In this document: one piece after another, positions 1 through 13,922 of the stretch
How the letters are laid out: each line of letters opens with the position of its first letter
Numbering within the stretch: position 1 is the stretch's first letter
From: Eledone cirrhosa
Lineage: Eukaryota
Reading direction: 5' to 3'
Length of the DNA: 64,000 nucleotides
Assembly (NCBI GenBank): GCA_964016885.1
Contig: OZ024742.1
Span: 138,446,001 to 138,510,000 of the forward strand
The notes under the pieces: model-generated
What the model was told of the DNA's origin: nothing
What the model saw: the letters and a program-made list of their open reading frames with translations, nothing else
The model's database searches: none
Translations under genes and position numbers: made by a program

Positions 1-920
1 ACTCCCCTGGACAACACCACTTCCTGTGTAAATTCATAAAGTAAAGTTAAAACAACTCAACGGCTTATCAACAGCCTAATAACTATTAATGGAACTCGCA
101 CATAAAGCATACTCTAATATTCCTTAATAGAAAATTTAAAGATAGGAATGCATAGTATAATTTACTTACTATAACAACATGGCCTGTAATTCAGTGGCAT
201 TTATTTTTACCAAACACATACCTATAAACTATACACATCTAAAAAAATTACGTCTAAAACTTAGGAAATTCCCTGGTTAATAGATCTGAGTTACCCCAAC
301 ATATACGAACTCAAATATCAAAATGATTGAATGAAAATTACCTATCTAATTCAATCACGCACTTTTGCATTACATCTCACATAGCATATACCTATTTTAT
401 CACCACATATCTCCCTACCGTATAGCACACCATTTTAAAAAATGCAAACATTTCTAACACTTATATGCTTATATGCTTATTTCAGCTATAATATAACTCT
501 TATCTCATACATGCCTTATTGATTGTATTGACTCTTGCATTATATGGCCTTAACGTTACCTGATTTCCAATGCTATGATATCTTATGTCTATCCTATCTT
601 ACATTTTTTCTTCCTTGTACCTTTTGCGCATGTATTACCTTAAACAATACCTTTATACATAACATGCTTATTTTTCACTTTTCACCATTGCTCCTTGTAA
701 TTGTGTTCTTTGAAGCATAACATTATTTTACCTCCCGATTTTCTATATGATGTCTAGGACACTGACAACAGTTATGTATCTACCTAAATGTTCTGAAGAC
801 TAGGATTTTAATCACCTGTTTAGACATTCTCTATGCTCTGATGATGTCAGACATCTCTCTGGAAGAAACAATTGTCAGCAAATAAATGTATTAAATAAGA
901 TTTGATTGTTTTAACATTTT
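1..920 (+). mobile_element. Decayed Penelope-like element 3' region/pLTR ending in hammerhead + AATAAA + (TA)n
   Basis: Hammerhead motif at 834-880, AATAAA at 881-886 and (TA)n from ~923 match the layout of the other PLE termini here; coding remnant too decayed to read. Confidence 0.45.
834..880 (+). ncRNA. Type-I minimal hammerhead ribozyme
   Basis: TGCT-CTGATGA-tgtcag..ctggaa-GAAAC-AATT-GTC-AGCA: intact core, stem I TGCT/AGCA, palindromic stem III ACAATTGT, GUC cleavage triplet. Confidence 0.8.
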
Positions 921-1078
921 GTATATATATATATATTTGTTCGGAAAAGATTGTTTTGGTAAAAACAGGAGTAAGCAGGAGAAAGCTCTCAACAATCGTT
1001 GTTTTTAGTTACGATGGAGAATTTTATAAAAATAACAAAATAAAATAATTATATATATATATACAATATATATATATA

Positions 1079-1082
<4 letters not shown>

Positions 1083-1154
<72 letters not shown>
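1083..1154. repeat. (GA)n microsatellite
   Basis: Directly visible. Confidence 0.97.
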
Positions 1155-1157
<3 letters not shown>

Positions 1158-1677
1158 GTTGTGATTGAGGTAGATGGTGATGAGTAAGAGTACGCAAGTA
1201 TTAATGGAGAACTGTGGGAAAAATATAGTATGGGAAGGTGAGTACGGAAGGAATGTGAAATGAGAAAGATAAGACTAAGGGTATGGTGAAGGTATATAAG
1301 GTACTGGGCTTATTTCTGTGTGCAGTTTTGGAAGTTCAGTTTCACCCCCTTCTTTTACTACTTTTCTCGAATTACTCCCATTTTCTTCCTTCTCATACAC
1401 TTAGCCTTGTATTCAAAAGCTTATTCCCTGCTATCGTCTAAAAAAAACCTTAACTCCGTTAGCTTTTTATTGGCCTTTTATATCTCTTGCTCTCGGTCAC
1501 TTTACTTCTCTTTAATACATAACTCTATCTATTTCCTCTCTATCTTATGTCACTTTTCTATCTCTCCCTTTAGCCCCCAGTTAGAGCAAGCTCCATGTCT
1601 TCTACTTTCCAAGAATATGATGACGTATCTATTCATTTATTTATTTAACTACCTATCTATCTACACACGCGCGCGCG

Positions 1678-1830
<153 letters not shown>

Positions 1831-2311
1831 TGTAAATGTGTATGTGTTAACTTTTTATTTCTTTATTTGTGTGAGGATTCTGAAAGTTGTACGTGGATCT
1901 AACACTTCACAAATTATTATACGTAGAGTTTTGTTTCTTTTTCCACGTAATCTCCAACCCAAAACCTGATATGAAACAAAGTTTTAAATATTTTACTATG
2001 CAATTTGATGAAGAACACCAGTATATTCATGCTTAACATTTTCGTAGTCTGCTTCATGCAATGTTTTGAGTCAGAGTCATTGAAAGATTAACAAATCTTT
2101 AAACAGTGCTGTCTGACATTCTCAAAACATACTAGCAACTCTGGGAGAAAAATAGGGGAATATACGGTATATATATTTTTTCGTTTTGTTTCGTTTACGA
2201 TAAAATATGTTTCTCTGGCAGAGAGGCTACCCATATGTTTATTGTACATAAATATATTATATATAATTTCATATACACCTCCATTATGCTTATATTAGTG
2301 CTACTGCCAAT

Positions 2312-2364
<53 letters not shown>

Positions 2365-3099
2365 TTATTTTTGTAGCTAAACAAAAACACAAGTAATAGG
2401 TAATTTGGAATTTTAAAATCGAAGAGGAGCCATTTTAGTAACAAAACTAGCAATAATTATTCATTACTTCTGCAGTGGTTTAATAACTTAATTAATAATA
2501 CATAATGCCATAATCCTAACTTTATTGAATTAATTTTAGAAATTAACAATAAGCATTATCCAATAATATGCACTTATTACATTTAGTCTTCAACAAATAA
2601 AATAAATAAATATATATGGTATCACGAATGTAAATCTATTATTTAAATATATCCTTTTCAGAAAGATAGGTACGTTAATTGAAAAAGAAAATAATAAAAA
2701 ATGAACAATGAATATTACATTTCTAAGCAGGTAAACTCTTTCAATAATAAATGGATTAGTGTATTAACTTAACTAGAATTCTTCCATAATATATGGAACA
2801 ACCGAAATGAATAAAGACGGTGAAAAACAAACATTTATCTCGTAACGTTTATTGTTTATTAGAATCAAACTAATCGAATTATAAAGAAGCTTTTACCGAA
2901 CGAAGTGTAAATATGTAAGTGTGTGCAGTTTAAATGGAACTAATTTATATTCTTTTGAGTTGCCAACGGGAAGGCTAAAGACGATAATTGATTGAAAAAG
3001 GATGTTTGTTTAGAATATACATTCTAAATATACACTACATTTAAATTTATTAACTATATTGAAGATTTTTGTGATATATATATATTTACATATATCATT

Positions 3100-3904
3100 A
3101 TTAAAATCGAGTGTTGAAAATCATCTGCATCAGTAGGTTCGATGTTTGAGTCCTACATCAATTGAATGAAGCTAAACTTGCTCAACAGATTTCGAACTGC
3201 AATCTATTGCAGAAACATAAAAAAAAACGATCCTTTTTTTAAATGAATAGTAACATGGGACGAAAAAAGGGTCCTCTATAACGATGTGAAGCGCAAATAT
3301 TCATGGAGGAGATGCGGCGAACCATCACAAACAACCTGCAAACAGGACTTCACACGAAGAAGATTATGCTTTCAATTTAGTGCGAATGGAAGGGTGTTAT
3401 TTTTTTTCGAGCTTCTTCCCACGGACAGGACTATCGGTTCGGATGAGAACTATATCCAGCTGGACAAATTAAACGCAATGATCCACCAGAAGCGTCCAAC
3501 ACTTGCTAATCAAAAGGCATTGTATTTCATCATGACAATGCCAGATCACATACTTGTTTGCATACTCAGAAGAAATTACTGGGGCTTGGCTGGAAAGTTT
3601 TACCGCATACTCCATATAAGTGCGATCTTGCACATTCAGATTCCCATCTGTTTCGGTCTCTTCAAAATTAATTGAATGTAAAAACCTTCTAATCTGAAGA
3701 GGATGCAAAAATTCTCCCAGAATAGGTTTTCACTCGTAAAGGCAGGACATTCTTAAGCAGGGAATAATAGATCTGTTAGCAAGATGGCAGAAGATACAGG
3801 AACGAAACGATAAATAGATCTTTAATTGAATAAATTGCTTTGTGTTTAAAACTTGTGGATTATTTTCACTTAAAAACCCGATCGAACATTTTGGCCAACC
3901 TAAT
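3100..3904 (+). pseudogene. Degenerate mariner (Tc1/mariner) transposase with 3' TIR remnant
   Basis: Broken frames give *VLHQL (WVPHEL-like), VTWDEKRVLYND, HDNARSH, PHTPY..DLA..DSHLFRSL; ..ttggccaacctaat resembles a mariner TIR. Confidence 0.85.
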
Positions 3905-5186
3905 GGAACGAATCCTGGCCTACATAAAGAAATTAGAGAATTCCCTTCTTCCTCTTCTTTTTCTTCATCAGAATTATCCTCTTCTTCTTCTTCTTCTTCT
4001 TCTTCTAGAAGTAGACTATCCCCACAATTGTATTTAAGAAACATTGAATTTTTTTTTATCCTGTTTTCTTCCATAAAAGGTTTATACTGTATTTACGATA
4101 AAAAAGATTTCATTTTTATCGCTGGATATTATGCGAGTGTTACTTCGATTTTCCGACTTTTTTTCATCCATTCTTTAAACACGTCCGCCAAATAATGTCT
4201 GGGATGTGGCATGGCATTCTTTTCAAACGTTAGTGAAGGAGTATCTTCCACACGGATGCCAAGATTTCTAGATTCTAAAATCACTAATTGTTTTGTTTTT
4301 ATTGTTCCATAGAAGGCGGATCTATACACCTATGTTCTTCGCTTTTCTTTCGTGATCTTTCAATATACAAAAGAACTGCAAACGACTCTGTGATCTTAAT
4401 TAGAACGCAACAAAACGAGGAATGTGGACTGTTTGTGTCTTGATCGATTAAAGTGTTTTCCTTTTTTTCTTCTTCTTCTAGAGCAGTAATCTACTTTATA
4501 CACCCTCTCACACACAAACAGTGATATATGTGTTTTTACACTATCCAGTTAACGAAGCGTATGGTAGTTTACCCGTATTGACCTCATGCAAAGCTGACTT
4601 CGAATTACAGTTATACTAACGAATAGCCATGCCTTCAATAGCTGTGTTAATTTTACTTCTCCCCACCTGTTAATCCAAATGTTTGAACCAAACCTTTAGT
4701 TTTTTTATATCTCACTCTTCTAACTTCAGATTGGAAAATGACAGTAATTTGGACATTCATTTGTAATATATATTTACTAAAATCTTCTAAAATTGATGCT
4801 TTAATTTTTAACATTTTTCTCTCACTTTTGTAATGTAATATTGCTCTTTCTTTCGATTTATAATTCAAAGTTGTATAAATTACCTTTTTTTTTTTTTCTT
4901 ATATCTTACTCCAGATTAAATGTGATAAGTACATTGAAACAGACTTTCTTACCTATATGTATAGTGAGAGAGAGAGAGGGAGAGAAAGAGATAGAGGGAT
5001 ATAGTATACATTACATGGACCGGGTAAGCCAGAAATCAGAGTGGTACGCGATACATTGTATGATACAGAGTAGGTGTACTAAGGGAGCAGAGGAACTACC
5101 GTGAGGTCAGCCCGTTTCGGCCAAATACCTCTACTGAAGAGGTAACTATTCGAAACCGCCCGACCTCGTGGTCGATTTTCCGCACG

Positions 5187-5247
<61 letters not shown>

Positions 5248-5613
5248 GAGGGTGCGTGTGAGTGTGAGTGAGTGTGCGTGTGTACTTCTCTTGTGTGGTT
5301 GTGTGTGTACATCTGTGTGTGTTTAGATTTGTATCTCAAACGATTTAATCCAAGTTATTTTTGGTCTTTATAACCATTAAATGATTATATGCAGATTTAT
5401 TTCAATAATATCTTGTAATAATAATATATTACTTGCTGATACCGTGGAAATTTCTTGGTTTACTTAGAACCAACAAGCAAGTATTAAAAGATCAATGGCG
5501 ATTTAAGTGTGTTTTTTATAGGATAAATATATACACAAATATAAACCGAAAAAATCAGCAAGTGACCGAAACATAAAGGATTATTTTATTCGTTTATTGC
5601 TTGAGGATAAAAA

Positions 5614-5810
5614 GGGCGGTTGATTGCCAGTATCTGTGGAGCGTCGGAGAATATTCTTTGTGGAATAGAAATACGTACGTTTGCGCGCTGAGTTCAAATC
5701 CTACCAAAGTTAGCTTCCGGGGTCGATACAATAAAGTATCAGTCACGAACTGGGGTCTATATTTAATCGACTAACTCCCCAAAAAATTGTTAGCCTTGAA
5801 ACAATTATTT
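5614..5810 (+). mobile_element. tRNA-derived SINE (family A, Octopus OK-like), diverged
   Basis: B box GAGTTCAAATCC, GGGGTCGAT..AATAAAGTA core, AAACAATTATT tail shared with other copies. Confidence 0.75.
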
Positions 5811-7079
5811 GAGGATAAAGAATACTTTATGTACAGCGTAGATTAAAATATTTCGGCTGCACCACCACTGCCCCCCCCCCCCCCCATCTATCTTTGTCTG
5901 TCGGCTTCTCTCTCTCTCTCACTCTCCTTCACTCGTGCATACACATGTATGGCAAATCCAAATATAGTTTCATTCGTACAGTTTTTGTTTTTACTATTCG
6001 ATTGTACTGTTTGAGATGCCACCGGATTCACTAATATTAAATTATTAAGGATTATTATAGTGAAACCAGGTCGCCTAATCTGGTGTATATCATTTTAAGC
6101 AATGAAATAACTAAACACATTAAAGGCGGAAGTAACATAAAAATTGTAACACATGTAAATGCAAGATTTTGATTTGGAGAACTGTAAAAAGACATAGCCC
6201 ACCTAAATTTTCCAATTACGTTGTTCATCAAAACAAACATTTATATAGCGAGAGGATCAGAATAATATATTTCACACGAAAATTGAACCAGAATCTCATA
6301 TTCAATTTGTCACTATTGTGTGGTGCTCGTATAAAAAAATATAACTCTGTTAAAGTGATTCATTTAAAAACAACGGTTGTTAAAGAAAGTATGAGAAAAT
6401 ACACAGCATATATGTTGTCAAATATCTTATGAGAAATGTGTGGATGTATACGTTTGACAGGCATATAGTGGTGTGCTTTGTTATAAGATTGGCAGTTGGT
6501 AGCAAGGGGCGTCTCGTGATGTGACAGAATGTAATAGGAATATGGTACATTTTGGGTTCGCATATGTCGAATGAGAATTTCAAATTGTTAGACACTTAAA
6601 TCAGATAAGATCTTCAGATTTATGTTTTAGAAGGTGTAGTGGGATGGGAATATTTTCCCTCTATTATACTTTTTATTCTCATGTCCTAACTGTCTGATTT
6701 GCTCTCACTTACATTTCCCTTGCATTTACTTTATTTTATGCCAACTCATAATGTACAATAATACTATTATTTACTGCCATTCCTGGATAAGCTTAGAAAT
6801 AAAAATGTTTCTTGGAAAGTTTATATTTTTCTTCCGAAAATGATATACATTCATTTGTAAATTCAGACTGTAACACAGTTGTAAATGTTTGTGAAAATAT
6901 CTAAGTGCAGACTTACATTAATACTCTTGGGTACGACATATATCTCTTATTTTTCTATTTCAGCTACTTTAAAAATATAAATTCTTCTGCTTAAATAAAA
7001 CAATTTTTCTTCTATTGTTTGACAAGTTAGATTTCTCTGAACTCATAAATACCATCTTTTTTTAAAATAAAATTACAAT

Positions 7080-7185
<106 letters not shown>

Positions 7186-7382
7186 AGTCAAAAGCAAGGA
7201 AAAAAGATTGTAAAATATTAAAAGTAGTAGAGTGATGGAATAAATATGTTTGTTCTTATATTATTATAATTTACGGGATAGTTAATTCTGACACTTTAGG
7301 TTGTATGTACACAAGGTTCGAATTGGATTATAAATCATGCTGTGGTCTGCATTGTCTTTCCTTCTACTGGAGTAGATAGGTA

Positions 7383-7413
<31 letters not shown>

Positions 7414-7554
7414 GACTAATGTCTTAGACCCACAAATTTATCGATACTTTTTTTTCTAATCGATCGACAACCTCCCTAATATCTTTCACTTACAGGGTGG
7501 GGTGGAGCTCGTCAAATAGGACCAAGGAACTAATATTTCCATGGGTCTGTCTAT

Positions 7555-7672
7555 TGCTTAAGGAGCAACGTGAAATAAATTGTCTTGCTCAGGGACATAA
7601 TTCATCCGTTATTCCGGGAATCGAATTCGCAAACTCAAGATTACGAATCCGATTCTCTACTCACTAAGCCAC
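7555..7672 (-). mobile_element. tRNA-derived SINE (family B) 5' part
   Basis: Minus strand GTGGCTTAGTGAGTAG (A box), ATTCGATTCCC (B box), TTTATTTCACGTTGCT shared with the 35373 copy. Confidence 0.7.
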
Positions 7673-7788
7673 TTTAATTGTTATTAAGAATTTATATAAT
7701 GACTGTTTCTGGACAAGTATTAAAATTCAATATCAGAAATATGTATTTAGTTGTATGTAATTTTTAATAGCTATACCTGGTAGGTGAA

Positions 7789-7935
7789 GGCGACGAATCG
7801 GCAGAATCGTGAGAATGCAAAATGAAATGCTTTGGTGTATTTGTTTCGACTATCTACTCTGAGTTCAAATCCAGCCGTGGTCAACTTTGTCTTTCATCCT
7901 GATAAAAAGAAAGTACCACTCAAATACTGGGATAA
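7789..7935 (+). mobile_element. SINE family A, diverged/partial
   Basis: GGCGACGAATCGGCAGAATCG head, GAGTTCAAATCC, CTTTCATCC core. Confidence 0.75.
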
Positions 7936-8279
7936 ATTCTTCCTCTATATTTCTTTCTCATCTTCATTCTCTCACTCTTTATCCTTCTCTGGAAGAAATC
8001 TGCTGTATTCGGACCTGGAGAGGAGATGGGCTGCGCCAAGCTTAAAAGTTGCCCTAGAAACTCCGAATGTTAATATGTTGCCCCTACGATTCCCTCAGGA
8101 AGATATGGAACAACGCATTCATGCAAGGCGTTTCAAACTAATCTCAAATACCGATAATACGCAAAGTCCCCACTATTATATAATGTTCATTTAATCGGAT
8201 ATATACTTTTCAATAAGTATGCGATGTCATGCGAATGTTAAATACTTAATATTAAGAAACCAATACGTGTTTTAATGAG

Positions 8280-8350
8280 ACTGCTACTGCTGTTGCTGCT
8301 ACTACTACTACTACTGCTGTTGCTGCTACTACTACTACTGCTGCAGCTGT

Positions 8351-8407
<57 letters not shown>

Positions 8408-8408
8408 A
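8280..8408. repeat. (CTA/CTG)n trinucleotide tract
   Basis: Directly visible. Confidence 0.95.
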
Positions 8409-8889
8409 ATATCGTTTTTTCACGAATTACAAATAGATAACCCATAATACATTTACAGCATATTGTAATATACATAGGAATTTTATCTTAACAGGGCTAA
8501 ACCAAACTATTCAGAAATAAGCGAAAACATTGGTGGTATATTTATAAGTGCTTTATTGGTAAAAACACTCATGTCGTAACTGTTTCTGTTGCAAAACAGA
8601 GTCGCAGGACAAAAGACTTGTCAAGCAAGTAGTGCCAACGTAATATATTACATTCTCAAATCGTGTAGTAACAAGCTTTTTCAATACGGAATATTGTTGA
8701 TTAACTCAACATCTATATAGCTTTAGCGTATAACATAGGTTCCCAAAGTTAAATATATAACACGTGACCTCGAATTTAATATTTAAATATTCTGAGTAAT
8801 TGTATGCAATTTTTATGTTTTGTATCATGCTATAAGATGCCAGATCCCTATGGGATATTAAAATACCAAATTAGAATTAAAGATATATA

Positions 8890-8938
<49 letters not shown>

Positions 8939-9519
8939 TGTTGATAAGATTTGATTACATTTACATTATTGCTTTATTGCTTTATATATATTTCATTGAC
9001 ATGGTTATATCATTAACAGTTTCCACACGACATCATCAGCTGCTCATAGAAATATGGAATGTTGTTATGCAAGTATGCAGATATGTTGCCGGTAACGTAT
9101 TATCATCTAGGTACCGGTTTATCTACATTGTGTTACAGCGAAACCTCGACGGATAAACGACACAATTGACTGCACTATATACATTTATCTTGTTTTTCTT
9201 CTTGCTCTTGCTCAACGAGGCCGGGGTCATCCTAAGCCAGCGATCCCAAAGCATCGTCGTGCGTAGAGCGGACCAGGTCCACCGCGCCCTCCATGGAATT
9301 AATGGAGGAATTATAACCTTGTGTGATTATTGTGCGATCAATTAATGACCAGCTCATTTACATCTATTTTCAATATTTTTGCAAACTAAATAATACAGAA
9401 TATATGTGTTATAGAATAGCGGAGGGACACTGCTAGCATAACCCAGAGTTTTTGTCAAATGTAGTTAGGATCTTTACAAATGTGCTACATCAACTCGGAT
9501 CATACCAAGACAGCCACAA

Positions 9520-10370
9520 GATAAAGTTAGAAAGAGGATGAAGGCAAGGGGACAAAGTTTCCCCGAGAATGTTTACGTCTTGTTCACAAGACGCCATCAT
9601 CAACAAGTCAACTAGGAAAACAAAGGTATCAATAGATATGGTGAACTCTTATGCCACCTATATTTCGCAGATGACATCATCCTAACACCACAAGAAGTAG
9701 AGATGCTCAATGCTATCCACACTGTCAGCCAACCAGTAGGCCTTAATATTTAGGAAACCTAAGATCATGTTTAACAGCCACACTAAACCATCACCAGTTA
9801 TTGTAAATGGAAAGACTATCCAGGAAGTAGACAGTTATGTATATCTCGGAAAGAGGATTCCAAGGGATGGTATTCTACTTCTGGTGTTTAGAAAAGTGTA
9901 TAATATCATTAGATATCTCAAGTCAACAATCGAAACCAAAAGAAAGCAGTTTAACGAATATCTTCAGCCGGTGACGATTTATGGAAATGAGATATGGCCA
10001 TTGAACACCACCACTACATAAGCTCTTGCAGTGGCCCAACGTAAAATGGAGCGAATCATGCTCGACATCACCTTATGTATCAGAAAGTGTATCACCTGGA
10101 TTCGAGAGTAGACTGAAGGACATAATCGAGACCATCACGAAGGGCAAACACAGATGAGCTGGTCACGTCTCTCGTTTCAGAGATAACAGGTGGACGGCTA
10201 GAGTGACAGTGTAGACACCATTGTTTTGGAGAAGAACTAGAGGGCAACTAAAGGCCAGAAGCTGCTATTTTCTGACTCTATACCTAAACTACACATGGCT
10301 CAATGTGGCGAGAGACATGAAGGGAGTGAGGTCGACTAGGAAGGAGCTCCTTTAACAGGAGTGAGAAGGC
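9520..10370 (+). pseudogene. 5'-truncated RTE-clade LINE RT/C-terminal relic
   Basis: LYFADDIIL, YVYLGK, IYGNEIW, AQRKMERIMLDITL, AGHVSRFRDNRWT motifs with stops/frameshifts. Confidence 0.85.
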
Positions 10371-10384
10371 ACTGGAGTTTAGAT

Positions 10385-11222
10385 TTTGGTAGTTAGATTC
10401 AAAACCTTCATCGGTTTTCCGGCCCCAGCTTGAATACTATTGTCCACTGCGGTCTACTCAAATCAAACAAATTATTATGCAAATTGAAGCACCCCTATTA
10501 TTCAATTACAAACAAAATAGTTGACATGTTGGAGTATAGGGGAAAACCTGATACTCTGCTCTCTTCAACATCACCGTGTACTCTACATCAACTGTATGAT
10601 GTCGAAAATATTCCAACAACGTTGCCCAAACCATGTTGGCATACACTTTAACATTCACGCACAGCTTGTTCCCCGTGCTATCCTCGTACTACAAAAATCA
10701 AACTTGCACCTCATAACAACATTATGACACAACTATTTCACTTCAACTCAGATCTACCAAACTCTAAAAACCCAAACGGAGAGTACCATGAAAAAAAGTG
10801 CCACAAAACGGAGAGAAATGAGGCAAAATGGGGAGATTTTACATAATGAAAGCTATACCCATTTTCAGAAGAGAAGGTATCTCTCACCCACCCCAATCGG
10901 ATGGGAGATCTTCCCGTCGGGCGAAAGAGTTGACAGGTCTGTCAACTGGACCTGCTCTCTTTAACAGCATATCAAAATGCAAGATAAAAGAAACAGAACC
11001 CATAAAATTCAAATTGTCGTTCGACAAATCTCTACAAGAAATTCCTGATAAACCCCTTAAATCCGGATATGTCTGCGAAAACAATAACCCTTTACTACTG
11101 TAGGCCACGGTGCTCAAAACATGACTGAGGTGTGAATCATGACTTGGAAGTCTTCGCCAAGAGGTGCTATTAAGTTAGACATGTATTGGGCCAATACTGA
11201 CCAAAACCTATCAAAGTTATTT
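10385..11222 (+). pseudogene. CR1/L2-group LINE 3' relic
   Basis: PQLEYYCP (PHLEY-like), LFNSI, FK..FDKSLQEIPDKP C-terminal motif followed by 3' tail. Confidence 0.65.
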
Positions 11223-13654
11223 ATTAAAAATATATTTACAATACAGACATGTATGCTTCATTTAACAGGATGTTATTGGATTTCCATGTTTTCAAAATCT
11301 GCTTTATGTAAGGTTATTTCCGTTTTAAAAAACAAGTCTTGTATGTTTGAGAGAGAGTATGAACATTTTCGCATTACTGTTTTCCATAGTTTTCATCTTG
11401 GTAATTTCCTTACTGGAGTTGAATTCTTTATTTCAATAAGTATGTGTTTATTTTTTTACTCCTCCCACCCCTCCTTACCTTTTCCATTTAAGATATTTTG
11501 CCTTCTCATTGGCAGTGAATTATTCAGCGCACCAACAATCTTTATTTTCTAATACAGTATAGTCTTCTCTCTCCACATGGAGCCAATTATAGTAACGTGT
11601 GTATTTCTTGAGTTTATGCTACTCTCTTTTAAAGTAGGTATATTTTCCATTATCACTCCTTTATAAAATATATACAGTCTTTCAATCTAATTGAACTCAG
11701 CCCACACATACAGGCTGTTTGATTAATGTTAGTACTACAAATCTCTTATTTTTCTCTTTGTTTGTCATCAGTACCTTTTGCCATAATGTCTACTCTTTCG
11801 TTCTTACCTATTTATTTTACTCCCTTCCCATTTATTTTGCATCTTAACATACATATTATCTATACTTTTCGATAAACTGTAATACAATGTATGATGCAAA
11901 TCTTCGAAATTCATTGTAAAGAAGGGTGTAAAATCTCAGTTCTTATGCTGATATTATGAATATATATATATCATCATCATAATCATCATCATCATTATCT
12001 CACTTGCTCACTTTCAGTATGTTTACAACTCCACCTGTATTTATTCGTTGTTTCTATATAACAGTATATCTATTTATCTATCTATTTATAACGCTGTCTG
12101 GCTGTGAATTAGTTTGCTGTTAAAATATTTTAAGCATTTAATTATCTTCCTATTCAGGTTCCGTTTATCGCATTTCTTTTTTCTTTCGTTCCTGAGTTTT
12201 TTATTTTGTTGTGTTTTTTTATGATTGTCTTGGTCTTCATATGAATCTTTTCATTCGTTATACTTAAGTTCTTTCTTTTTTATTATCCGTATTTTTTCGC
12301 ATCTGCACGACATTTTTGCAGTTGTTTTTTTTTTCTTCATATATACTTTCCCTGCTCATTCAGTATACTATAACACCGAAGATCTTTCAGAAATCTTTTA
12401 TTTTGCGATATATGAAGAGTGCTTTATTCAAGGGTAAACATTTTACAGACATTTACACACGTTCTTAATCATGCAATCACATTTGTGTCTGCTTTACTTT
12501 CATTGTATATTTTGTGTTTCTTTGCATATTCTGCTTCCAATTATCATGGTATCTCCCCTGTTTTTCTGAAACCTAATTTGCGAGTTTTTGCCCCACTTGT
12601 CTATTCATTTGACCATGAGATCATAACCACGGCTATAGCAGAGAATTGAGATTTCCGATCAAAAGCTGTCGCTGCAAGAATGAGTCGCTTCTCTTAAGTC
12701 GCTTAACGCTAAAGGGCGAATAAAGTATATAATGAAAACTGGACATAATTGCAATATAGAAGAAACCTGCTCAAGCAGTATATATCCCGATTGTATCTTA
12801 AACAAAACAAAACAAAAAAGGAAGATTAAGACGAGACCGAATCTATCCTCGTAAATAACACCTGCGAAGTTTTTAGTTGGTTCATAATTGTCTATCTGCA
12901 AGCTCAAATAAGAAAATGATCGGAAAATAAAAGGAGATAAACAAAAAATATCACTTATGGTCTATGGGCCTCTACGCACGGGTGATCAAGCTAATTCATA
13001 ACAAACCAATAAAAAAACAGAATTGCCTGAGTTCGAAATTGATGTCCGATGTACTTTAATGCTAACACTTTTTTTGTTAGGCCTTTTTATTTAGCTAGTT
13101 AACATTCTATCCTTGTATAAAGAAATGTAAAAACGTCAGATATTTGAAAATAGCAAATCTAGCCATAAAAATCCAGTCTGTATTGAAAATAAACATTTCC
13201 TATAGATAGGATTCGTTTAGAATACTTAGCTGATGGACAATAAAACTTGTGGCAAATATGAATCGGCGACGACTGGAATTGAAACAAATCTACATTTAGA
13301 AGGCCAAATTCAATATCAAGTAATTTGAACAAAATATTGAAGTAGAATTCATTAATCATGAGTAAAATCACTTATACACGGACAGGAAAATTAAAAGTAT
13401 GGATAGAGTTCCTTGGCTGTAATGTTGGGAGTGATAATGTAGCGGTTAATTCTTATTTTCTGGCGGAATAATGATGCTAAAATACAATTTAACCTTTTGG
13501 CATGTGTTTGTCCAGTTAAGAAATTAATATCAGCATACTATTGTAATTAAACAGATTTCAATATGTGAAATGTATTTCAGGGCGATGGTTACATTCGATG
13601 TGTCAACAAATTTGAATTGATCATTGACTGTGAAAGGAAGCGTGTTGTGCTCCA

Positions 13655-13922
13655 TTGTAGAGGGTTGGACGCTATGCTTTCTAGCATAGTTACGTTTCTT
13701 TACGGTCTGAGTTCAAATCCCGTCGAGGTTAACTTTGCCTTTCATCCTTACGGGGTCGATAAAATAAAGTACCAGTAATGTACTGAGTTATTGCTGGCCT
13801 TGCGCCAAAATTAGAAACAATTATTTATTTCTACTTTTGGCACAAGGCCAACAATTATCATTATTTCAACTTTTGGCACAAGGCCAGCAATTATCCCAGT
13901 GTATTACTGGTACTTTATTTTA
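13655..13922 (+). mobile_element. SINE family A copy followed by two short inverted tail fragments
   Basis: High similarity to 19307-19492; tail-to-tail fragments at ~13826-13922. Confidence 0.9.

Noticed and set aside
9010-9045. Minus-strand CTGATGA...GAAAC
   Set aside because: No credible stem II, stem III or cleavage triplet
12659-13371. Possible host-gene exons (acceptor-like ttgcag before IDNYEPTKNFAG; ORF 13159-13371)
   Set aside because: No recognisable domain or consistent exon chain; cannot be excluded without RNA-seq
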